Shown one piece after another: positions 1-7,248 of a stretch of 36,974 nt of DNA (position 1 is its first letter; each line of letters begins with the position of its first letter). Both the position numbers and the translations under genes were made by a program. The stretch is from assembly GCA_017549265.1 (NCBI GenBank), contig JAFYVF010000008.1, forward strand, positions 1 to 36,974. Reading direction: 5' to 3'. The notes below the pieces were generated by a model. It worked only from the letters and a program-made list of their open reading frames with translations. It was not told the DNA's origin and did not search any database. The DNA is from Clostridia bacterium (GTDB taxonomy: Bacteria; Bacillota; Clostridia; UMGS1840).

Positions 1-43
1 GAAAGACAAGACTTGAAAAAGATTTATTTATATTCATAATCTA

Positions 44-72
44 TTTACTTTAATTGCATTCTGTGTTATAAT
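44..72 (+). promoter_or_regulatory. sigma-A-type promoter (TTTACT-17-TATAAT, TGT extension) for the DUF4180-like gene
   Basis: -35 TTTACT at 44-49, 17-nt spacer, -10 TATAAT at 67-72, about 20 nt upstream of the RBS. Confidence 0.4.
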
Positions 73-92
73 CAATATGGAGGTAATTTTTT

Positions 93-464
93 ATGAATAT
101 TGAAAAAGTAGCAAAATCAAGTAAAACAGTAGCAATTATAACTAGTAATGACAAAGTGATTACTGATGTTCAATCAAGTTTAGATTTGATAATGACAGCA
201 AAATATGAAACAGAAACCAATTTAATTGCCATAGATAAAAATGCTATTGTTGATGAGTTTTTTGTCTTGAGTTCAGGTCTTGCTGGAGAGATTTTACAAA
301 AGTTTATAAATTATCAAGCAAAGATTGCTATTTGGGGTGATTTCTCAAAATACACAAGCAAACCATTAAAGGACTTTATTTATGAAAGCAATAAAGGTAA
401 TGATATTTTCTTTGTTGCTACCAAAGATGATGCTGTTGATTGTCTTGCTAGAACAGTCAAGTGA
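93..464 (+). CDS. DUF4180-like small protein of unknown function
   Basis: 123-aa ORF with GGAGG at 78-82 upstream of the ATG and a terminator hairpin downstream. The family assignment is from memory of DUF4180-type sequences. The gene lies in an AT-rich block unlike the rest of the window. Confidence 0.6.
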   Translation: MNIEKVAKSSKTVAIITSNDKVITDVQSSLDLIMTAKYETETNLIAIDKNAIVDEFFVLSSGLAGEILQKFINYQAKIAIWGDFSKYTSKPLKDFIYESNKGNDIFFVATKDDAVDCLARTVK

Positions 465-490
465 TAAATTATCTATGCTATAATGTTTTA

Positions 491-518
491 AGCAACCTTT
501 TCAAATGGGTTGCTTTTT
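491..518 (+). terminator. rho-independent terminator
   Basis: Stem AGCAACC/GGTTGCT (491-497 and 508-514) followed by a T run. Confidence 0.6.
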
Positions 519-521
519 AAT

Positions 522-550
522 TTGACAGAACTGAAAAACCATCTTATTAT
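522..550 (+). promoter_or_regulatory. sigma-A-type promoter (TTGACA-17-TATTAT) with no clean ORF behind it
   Basis: TTGACA at 522-527, 17-nt spacer, TATTAT at 545-550. Confidence 0.4.
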
Positions 551-691
551 GCTTTTAAATGATTAAAAGTGAATGATATAGTTTCTGTGTTCTATCAATA
601 ATCAAAAGCATAGCAAGAAATTATAAATGTATATAAAGAAAAATTACAAAGTGTTTTAAGTCAAATAACACTTCAAAACAATCAACTTGAA

Positions 692-1060
692 TTGTATGAA
701 AGCATTGATATTTCACAAGAAGAAAAAGAGTTGAGAAAGCAATTTGATTTATCACACCAAGACATTACATACAGAGATTTCCAAGACCTTTCAAGAGAGC
801 AATTAAAAGTATTTTTTAATTATATGATAGACCATATAGACATTAAAGAGATAGAAATTGGAGATGATGAAAGGGTTATATTGGCAATAGCAATTCACCT
901 TAAACTTGATGGTTATGCACCAAAATATTCTTTGGAATACCTTAAAAATATCAACACAGGAGCAGAAAAAAAGACAACCCCTTCTTTTTTTGATGAGGGG
1001 TTGCCAAATGGTGGCGGAGTGGGTGGGATTCGAACCCACGTCCCTCAAGGGGCATCATGA
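692..1060 (+). CDS. Doubtful hypothetical ORF or gene remnant
   Basis: TTG start with no convincing RBS. The in-frame region upstream is open back to a TAG at 611 without an ATG. The 3' end reads through the tRNA-Ser terminator hairpin and 49 nt into the tRNA gene. Confidence 0.25.
   Translation: MYESIDISQEEKELRKQFDLSHQDITYRDFQDLSREQLKVFFNYMIDHIDIKEIEIGDDERVILAIAIHLKLDGYAPKYSLEYLKNINTGAEKKTTPSFFDEGLPNGGGVGGIRTHVPQGAS
964..1003 (-). terminator. rho-independent terminator downstream of tRNA-Ser
   Basis: Stem CAACCCCT/AGGGGTTG (975-982 and 996-1003). On the minus strand it is followed by TCTTTTTTTC. Confidence 0.55.
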
Positions 1061-1100
1061 TTTCGAGTCATGTCCGTTATGACCACTTCGATACCACTCC
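1012..1100 (-). tRNA. tRNA-Ser (anticodon CGA), class II with long variable arm, CCA encoded
   Basis: Folded by hand. Acceptor GGAGTGG/CCACTCC, anticodon stem CATGA/TCATG with loop CTCGAAA, 17-nt variable arm, T arm GTGGG-TTCGAAT-CCCAC, discriminator G plus CCA. Confidence 0.9.
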
Positions 1101-1117
1101 GTATTGGAATCTTTCAT

Positions 1118-1146
1118 AGTTTATCAAATTTTTAAGATGTTGTCAA
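1118..1146 (-). promoter_or_regulatory. sigma-A-type promoter for tRNA-Ser (TTGACA-17-TAAACT)
   Basis: Minus-strand TTGACA (1141-1146), 17-nt spacer, TAAACT (1118-1123), about 18 nt upstream of tRNA position 1. Confidence 0.55.
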
Positions 1147-1165
1147 GATAAACCAAGATATTTTT

Positions 1166-1202
1166 GAAAAAAGAGAATCCGTACTCACATGGAGTACGGA
1201 TT
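1166..1202 (-). terminator. rho-independent terminator of the envelope operon
   Basis: 11-bp stem AATCCGTACTC/GAGTACGGATT (1176-1186 and 1192-1202). On the minus strand it is followed by CTCTTTTTTC, just after the stop at 1209. Confidence 0.7.
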
Positions 1203-1208
1203 TTAATA

Positions 1209-3413
1209 TTATTTTTCTTCTAACAGTTTAATCACATAATCAATATTGATTTTATTGCGTTCCCGAAGTTCGTGCAGGCGGACAGCTAAATCGGTGCGAA
1301 TCCGTTCCCGATTGGCAATGATTCTGTCTGCTTTGGAAGAAAAGCTCATTCTGGTGAATTCTAAAAGGCCCATGCAGGTATCCTGCCCAAAATATTTCAT
1401 CACGCTTTGCACCTTGGGGTCATAAGCAAGACCGATGGCAGGCACATTGGCGGTGAAGGCATAAATCAGAAGATGGAGTCTCATCCCCACAGCAAACAGA
1501 GAAGATTGTGCCAAAGCGATACAGGTGTCTGCCGAAAGCCGTTTGGTAACACAGGGGGAGTTGGTCAGTTTTGCATATTTTTGGTTGAGTGCCACATCCT
1601 GAGGGAACTGCATCGGAACAAAGAGCAATTCGCAGCCGTGTTTTTTCTTAATGTCTTTTAAGGCATCCAGCAGTTCTGCTTCAAAGAGGGGAACGGTTTT
1701 CCACTCACGAAGGGACACCATCACATAGGGTTTTCCGTTTAAATCGTAGCGGTACAGCAGGGAATCTGCCTGTTCGGTGTTAATATCGGTCAAGGCAAGA
1801 ACAGGGTCGCAGGTCACTGCGGTTTTGGGAGAAATGATACCCCATTCGTTCAACAAATCCTGAGAGTCTTCTTCCCGAAGGGTAATCACGTCCACCCGAT
1901 TTAAAACATTTTTGGTGCGTTTTAAGTTTTGTTTTTTGTTCACAGGACCGATACCGTTGGCATAGAGCATCACTTTGTTATTCTGTTTTTTTGCCATGCG
2001 GATTAAGGTGAGATAGTAAAGCAAAGATTTGGTGGAGGTGGCATCCTGGATAATGCTTCCTCCTCCCGAAATAAACAGACGGGATTCTTTTAACGCTTTA
2101 CGGATGGCAAACAGATTCCAGCGACTTACGGCATTTACCTGATAATTTCGTTTGGTATCGCCGGGGCGGTTGGATAAAATGGTGATGCCCATATCCGGGT
2201 CGTATTCTCTGATATCTTTGATAATTTTCTTTAAAATGGCATCATCACCGGAGTTACGGAACCCGTAATAGCCGGAAAGAACAATATCGCTCTTTTTCAG
2301 TTCAAAAAGAAGCTGTTGATACACGCCGATGGCATCCTCGGTCATTCGTTTGGCAGAATATTCGGTCAACACCAAATTCTGTAAGCCCGAAACGGTTTCT
2401 TCTTTCAGATTTTTTTCCATTCGGTAGGCATCGCAGATGGCACGTACCAGTTTATTCTCGGTGGGAGCTTCCAAGCCACGGCAGGTAAAGTTGGTGCTTC
2501 TCATATTGGAGAAATCTTTCACGGTAAGGATGCCGTGATGACCGTAGCTACCTGTCAATACCACGATTTTTCCTGCTGCCATTGCTTCCAATGCTGCACG
2601 GGAAATTCCCACAAACACGTCTGCCAATGCAATAATTTTGTTCACATCGTTTCGTTTGCCTGCCATAATGACGGTGCGGTTTGTTAAAGTGCGGTTGATT
2701 TCTTCTGCTTTTTGGGAAAGTTCCTCGTAGGCATCTCCGTCACCAACAATCACAATCTGCACGTCTTTTAATTTGCGGTTTAATTCTTCTGCACGTTGTA
2801 AAAGCAGATACGCACTGTCGCAGTTTCCCTTTTCCAAACGGCACACGCAAACGATTTTTTTGGAGTGTTCTTTGATTCCTAATTCGTTCATGAGCTCACG
2901 GTCAGGCTTTACTCCAACAAATTCCTTTTCGTTAATGCCGTTGACAGTGATGGTGATATCCTTACTTTTCATTTTGCTGTTTCGGATTAAGTGACGCTTT
3001 AAGTCATCCGACACAACCAAACATTTATCTCCCCAAACGGTGAATTTTTTCACAAAAGAATTTTTGGTAAAGGCAAAATGCAGGGTGGATACAAAACCGA
3101 ATTTCAGTTTTTTCTTCAGCATATGTACAATGAGATTGGGAATTCTGGCATGAGAATGCACAATGTCGAACTGTTCTTTTTGGATCAGTTCTTTCATGGT
3201 TTTGTAAGAAGTGATAATATCCTTGGGCGCTTTGGAGGAGAGGGGAGCATAGGTATGCTCAATGCCGCATTTTTTCAGCTCGTCCTCAAAAATACCGCCT
3301 TCGGAAATGACTTGTACCGTGTGACCTGCTGCCACCAGTCCTTTTGCCAGTTCTAAAATATGAGTTTCAGCACCGCCGATATCCATTTTCATGGATGCCA
3401 GTAATATTTTCAT
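1209..3413 (-). CDS. Fusion protein with an N-terminal GT4 glycosyltransferase and a C-terminal CsaB-like polysaccharide pyruvyl transferase
   Basis: 734 aa. The N-terminal half has the GT4 signature (MKILL..DIGGAETH.., ..ALEAMAAGK.VV..). The C-terminal half (from about residue 375, ISGYYGFRNSGDDAIL..GGGS.IQD..S) matches the pyruvyl-transferase/CsaB family as I remember it. Confidence 0.8.
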   Translation of the reverse strand: MKILLASMKMDIGGAETHILELAKGLVAAGHTVQVISEGGIFEDELKKCGIEHTYAPLSSKAPKDIITSYKTMKELIQKEQFDIVHSHARIPNLIVHMLKKKLKFGFVSTLHFAFTKNSFVKKFTVWGDKCLVVSDDLKRHLIRNSKMKSKDITITVNGINEKEFVGVKPDRELMNELGIKEHSKKIVCVCRLEKGNCDSAYLLLQRAEELNRKLKDVQIVIVGDGDAYEELSQKAEEINRTLTNRTVIMAGKRNDVNKIIALADVFVGISRAALEAMAAGKIVVLTGSYGHHGILTVKDFSNMRSTNFTCRGLEAPTENKLVRAICDAYRMEKNLKEETVSGLQNLVLTEYSAKRMTEDAIGVYQQLLFELKKSDIVLSGYYGFRNSGDDAILKKIIKDIREYDPDMGITILSNRPGDTKRNYQVNAVSRWNLFAIRKALKESRLFISGGGSIIQDATSTKSLLYYLTLIRMAKKQNNKVMLYANGIGPVNKKQNLKRTKNVLNRVDVITLREEDSQDLLNEWGIISPKTAVTCDPVLALTDINTEQADSLLYRYDLNGKPYVMVSLREWKTVPLFEAELLDALKDIKKKHGCELLFVPMQFPQDVALNQKYAKLTNSPCVTKRLSADTCIALAQSSLFAVGMRLHLLIYAFTANVPAIGLAYDPKVQSVMKYFGQDTCMGLLEFTRMSFSSKADRIIANRERIRTDLAVRLHELRERNKINIDYVIKLLEEK

Positions 3414-3446
3414 TTGGGGGATTCACCACCGTTCTGTTATGTATTT

Positions 3447-4085
3447 TTAGGAGGCAAAACCGTTGCCGTCCTTGTCATAAAAACCAAGTCTGGTTGCTAA
3501 AAATGCGGTGATTTGGATACCGCTGTCTGTCATTGCTTTCTTTAAAAGCAGGGGATTTAAGGTTTTTTCGTTTCCGCAGGCACAGTTTAAGGAGAGGTTC
3601 ACTCCTTCTTCGGTGTCGGTTAATTCGTAGCGGAACATGAGTTCTTTTAAATCAATGGTTTTGGTTTTCCCTTTGGAGAATTTTTCAAAAGGAATGGTTT
3701 CCTGTGCTAAAAAGTCACGGATTTTTTCTTTTTCGCAGGTGCGGATGGTAATACTGTATTCCGCATTGTGAGTATCGTTGAATTTCTTTAAATTTTCGGT
3801 GTAAATTTCCACGGGCACAATTCCTTCGGGACTTGCCAAACGGAGCTTTTCCTTCACTTCACCGAAGGAGAGGGAATCGGTTTTTAATTCAAAATCCAGA
3901 AACTCCTGTTTTCCCACAATGCCTAAGGGCAGCGGATTTGCAATATTTAATACCATATGGGGATTAAATCCTTCCGAGTATTTTAAGGGAAGGCCTGTGC
4001 GTTTTAGAATTTTCTGCACTGCCTTCATCAAATCCAGATGGGAAATATAGGGCATATTTTTTTCAAACTGTAATCTGATTTTCAT
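3447..4085 (-). CDS. TIGR03936/DUF2344-family (radical-SAM-associated) protein
   Basis: MKIRLQFEK..ISHLDLMKA..R.GLPL.YSEGFNPH is typical of DUF2344. I start at the internal ATG (4083-4085) with an AAGGAA RBS. The longer track ORF would overlap femX. Confidence 0.8.
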   Translation of the reverse strand: MKIRLQFEKNMPYISHLDLMKAVQKILKRTGLPLKYSEGFNPHMVLNIANPLPLGIVGKQEFLDFELKTDSLSFGEVKEKLRLASPEGIVPVEIYTENLKKFNDTHNAEYSITIRTCEKEKIRDFLAQETIPFEKFSKGKTKTIDLKELMFRYELTDTEEGVNLSLNCACGNEKTLNPLLLKKAMTDSGIQITAFLATRLGFYDKDGNGFAS

Positions 4086-4095
4086 AATAAATTCC

Positions 4096-5157
4096 TTATG
4101 CTTTGTTTTTTTTGCGGAGATAACGTTTTCTGCGCATTTCTCTGAAAATTTGTTCACCGCGGTGTACCGCCCAGTTGGTAAAGCGGGAGAAGACCACTTC
4201 AATTTCGCCTAGGAATTCGGTAAATTCACCGTTGAAGCCTTTTTTGAAGCGATACAGACCATATAAGGGGTTGTCTTCGCTCAAATCACCGGACACGCCA
4301 CGGAAATCGTAAATATCGCAGCCTTTTTCAATGGACCAGCGAATCATTTCCCACTGGAGCTGATAGTTGGGCATCACGTTACGGTATGCATTGCCGGATG
4401 CACCGTATAAGTACCACACTTTGTTGCCGTAGTAGATGGCAAGGGTACCTGCGATGGGTTTCCCTTCAAAATCCGCCATATACAGACGGGCATTGTCTCC
4501 GTAAACATCCAGCATTTTTTCAAAATAGGAAGCAGGACGTACCACAAATTCGTCACGAAGACCGGTTTCTTCCATCAAACGCTGGAAGTCTTTTACGTCT
4601 TCTTTGCCGCCTAAACGGACAGTTACGCCTTTTTTCACGGAAAGACGGATGTTGTAACGGGTTTTGGAATGAAAAATATCAAATACTTCTTCTTCGGTTT
4701 TTCCTGCCACGTCCAGACGGAACACAAAGCAAGGCTGAATCCCTTCAAAGTTTTTGCTTCCGGGAATGATTTTAAAGCCGGCATCGGTTAAATTTTGTTT
4801 GAATGCTTCGTTATCGCATTTTACGTCCGGGTCTGCCTTGAATACGTATGCCTTATGTTTTTTGGCAAGTTTTTTAATCCCGTCGTATAGTTCTTTTAAG
4901 GTTTCCTTATCGTCCAAATTGCAAACGGGACCTCTGGGAGAATACATAATGGTTCTTTTAATGACGGGAACGGGACGGATTAACACGCTCATAGCGCCTT
5001 TGATTTTATTGTTGCTATCGGTACAGATTAAAATCACGTTTTTCCAGTCCGGTTTCATCTGAGCCCAGAGAACAGACTGCATAAAGTGCCCCTTAGGATG
5101 ATTTTTATTAAATTCTTCGTATTCTTCGTATCTATCTTTTGTGAGTTCGGTTACCAT
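4096..5157 (-). CDS. FemAB-family peptidoglycan aminoacyltransferase (FemX/MurM-like)
   Basis: 353 aa. The N-terminus EEYEEF...HP.GHFMQS..WA..K and overall length are typical of the FemAB family. The start overlaps the gatD stop by 26 nt. Confidence 0.8.
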   Translation of the reverse strand: MVTELTKDRYEEYEEFNKNHPKGHFMQSVLWAQMKPDWKNVILICTDSNNKIKGAMSVLIRPVPVIKRTIMYSPRGPVCNLDDKETLKELYDGIKKLAKKHKAYVFKADPDVKCDNEAFKQNLTDAGFKIIPGSKNFEGIQPCFVFRLDVAGKTEEEVFDIFHSKTRYNIRLSVKKGVTVRLGGKEDVKDFQRLMEETGLRDEFVVRPASYFEKMLDVYGDNARLYMADFEGKPIAGTLAIYYGNKVWYLYGASGNAYRNVMPNYQLQWEMIRWSIEKGCDIYDFRGVSGDLSEDNPLYGLYRFKKGFNGEFTEFLGEIEVVFSRFTNWAVHRGEQIFREMRRKRYLRKKNKA

Positions 5158-5863
5158 AGTTTAAGACATATCCTTTCGCAAGTTTTTCATGTTCGCATGC
5201 AATGGGAGCAAGCTCCGGGAACGAACCGTATTTTTTTTGGATTGCTTTTCCGATGAGCAAGTCGCACACTTCCGGATTTTTTGGCAGGAGCGGACCGGAA
5301 AGGTGCGTGCCGATAAAGCTTTTTACGATGGCACCTTCCGTTTGGTCTTCCCCGTTGTTGCCGTGACCGCTTAAAACGGTTCCCAAGGGGTCAGCGCCGG
5401 GTGCCAGACGAGTTCTTCCCGTGTGGTTTTCAAAGCCTGCCAGAATCCCCAAAGGAGAATCAACAGCCACATTGCCGATCAGCTTTTCTGCTCCGGCTTC
5501 GGTGGTCATGGGAATAAGCCCAAGCCCTTCGTGGACAGCACCTTCTGCCACAAAGGAATGTCCCAGCAGGGGGAATCCCGTTGCCACCGCTAAGAGAACA
5601 CCTTCCTCATCACGGTAGCGAAGCAATTCTTCCCGATGGTTTTTTAGTTTTTCTGCAATTTTTTGCAAGTCTTTTTCACTTGCGCCACCTAAATAAACAA
5701 TATCTACATCTGTCAAGTCGATTTCTTCCGAAAAGGGGAGGGAAATCACCTCTAATTCAATGTTACGGAGACGGCACCGTTTTTCAAATACTTTCATGTT
5801 TCCCCGGTCGCCGTATAAATTCAAAAGTTCGGGGAATAAATGCAGTAATGTCAGTTTCATCAT
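5132..5863 (-). CDS. gatD: GatD-like (CobQ-type GATase) partner of MurT, with both catalytic residues substituted
   Basis: 243 aa, collinear without gaps with S. aureus GatD as I recall it (LNLY.D.GN, GFENH.GRT, G.GNN.ED..EG, GP.LPKN). It has A94 (GCA, 5582-5584) where Cys94 sits and S189 (TCC, 5297-5299) where His189 sits. Confidence 0.85.
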   Translation of the reverse strand: MMKLTLLHLFPELLNLYGDRGNMKVFEKRCRLRNIELEVISLPFSEEIDLTDVDIVYLGGASEKDLQKIAEKLKNHREELLRYRDEEGVLLAVATGFPLLGHSFVAEGAVHEGLGLIPMTTEAGAEKLIGNVAVDSPLGILAGFENHTGRTRLAPGADPLGTVLSGHGNNGEDQTEGAIVKSFIGTHLSGPLLPKNPEVCDLLIGKAIQKKYGSFPELAPIACEHEKLAKGYVLNYGNRTHKR

Positions 5864-7218
5864 ACTTCCCCTTTCTGAATGGTTTTTCCAAATGCTTTTT
5901 CTGCTTTTAGCAGTTCTTTCTTGGCATCAAAAATCAAAGTATAATTCACCAGAAGGTAAACCACTTCGCAGTCGGTTTCCAACAATTCCAGACCCAGTGT
6001 GACAGGATTTTCATTCACCTTCACGTCTTCCACATCTGCATAGAACCAGCGAACCGCCATATCGTGGCATCGTTTTCCTGCGGCACCGTGTGCCACGCAG
6101 TCGGATAACAGTTCAAAATCCACATCGTAAAGCCAGGAAATATCTATGCCGTCGGAGGGCATATCGTTGATGCCGACCACAACCGCTTTTTTACGGGGGT
6201 CATTTTTTAAGGTAGCAATCGCCTGATTGAAGCCTGCGGGATTTTTTGCTAAGTTCAAAATGACCGGTTTTTCTAAGAAAAATTCTTCCATGCGGGCAGT
6301 CTGGGTTTCGTAATCGGCAAAAATTTCGGTATAGTTATGAATTTTTAAGTTCACGGTTTCTGCCACCGCAATGGACGCCAGCGCATTGTATAAATTATAG
6401 AATCCCAATAAGGGGGTTTTTACTTCTTGCTTGCCGTTTAGCAGGAACGAAAGGGTGGGTGAAAGCTCCACGTTGCTTGCGCTAAAATCGGGTTCGGGAC
6501 GTTTGAAATCACACCCTTCGCAGAAGAAATCTCCCAACTGGTTATAGTGATAGAAGTTGTAAGACAATTCGCTTCCGCAAAACAGACAGGTTCTTCCTTC
6601 TTTGGTTTCGGTTTTGGGCTGATTGGTTTCTTCCGAAACACCAAAAATCACGTGAGGATTCTCCACACTCTTGGTGAAAGAAGCGCACATGGGGTCATCC
6701 CCGTTTAACACGAGCGTTGCATTGGGTGCTTTTTTTACAGCGATTTTCAGCTGTTCCAACGTTTCGGTGATTTCACCGTAACGGTCCATCTGATCACGGA
6801 ACAGGTTGGTGATTACAATCACGTCAGGTGTCAGATAATCAAACACGATTTTAGCACTGGCTTCATCAATTTCCAGCACAGCATAGTCTGCCTTCAGGGA
6901 GCCAAACAGCCCTGCAGTACTGATAAAAGCTGTGGCAATTCCGTCCAGCATATTGGCACCCACCGTATTACACACTGCGGTGTGCCCCGATTCTGTGACG
7001 AAGGTGTTAATCATATTGTTGGTGGTGGTTTTTCCGTTGGTACCCAGCACACAGATAATTTTTTCTTTCACTTTGGGTGCAAGCAGTTCTAACGCCTGGG
7101 GACAAATCTTTAAGGCAATTCTGCCCGGTGCGGAAGAGCTTTTGGTGCCCATCAGCTTTCCTGCCACGATGAGTAATTTGCAAACTATTACGGCTAACGC
7201 CAGTCGCAGTTGTTTCAT
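5860..7218 (-). CDS. murT: MurT, Mur-ligase-family lipid II isoglutaminyl synthase subunit
   Basis: 452 aa with P-loop GTNGKTTT, EIDEAS, TNLFRDQMDRYGE, a Cys4 ribbon (CLFC...CEGC) and the C-terminal DUF1727-like segment NDMPSDGIDISWLYDVDFE. There is an ATGA overlap with gatD. Confidence 0.9.
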   Translation of the reverse strand: MKQLRLALAVIVCKLLIVAGKLMGTKSSSAPGRIALKICPQALELLAPKVKEKIICVLGTNGKTTTNNMINTFVTESGHTAVCNTVGANMLDGIATAFISTAGLFGSLKADYAVLEIDEASAKIVFDYLTPDVIVITNLFRDQMDRYGEITETLEQLKIAVKKAPNATLVLNGDDPMCASFTKSVENPHVIFGVSEETNQPKTETKEGRTCLFCGSELSYNFYHYNQLGDFFCEGCDFKRPEPDFSASNVELSPTLSFLLNGKQEVKTPLLGFYNLYNALASIAVAETVNLKIHNYTEIFADYETQTARMEEFFLEKPVILNLAKNPAGFNQAIATLKNDPRKKAVVVGINDMPSDGIDISWLYDVDFELLSDCVAHGAAGKRCHDMAVRWFYADVEDVKVNENPVTLGLELLETDCEVVYLLVNYTLIFDAKKELLKAEKAFGKTIQKGEV

Positions 7219-7248
7219 AACAGTATCCTCGTTTGTTCTTTTTTTCAG

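Noticed and set aside
803-1048. 81-aa minus-strand ORF
   Set aside because: It overlaps tRNA-Ser and its terminator and lies antisense to the AT-rich remnant. It has no RBS.
4086-4202. Longer DUF2344 N-terminus overlapping femX
   Set aside because: The family-typical sequence starts at MKIRLQF with its own AAGGAA RBS. The extension overlaps the femX C-terminus in another frame.
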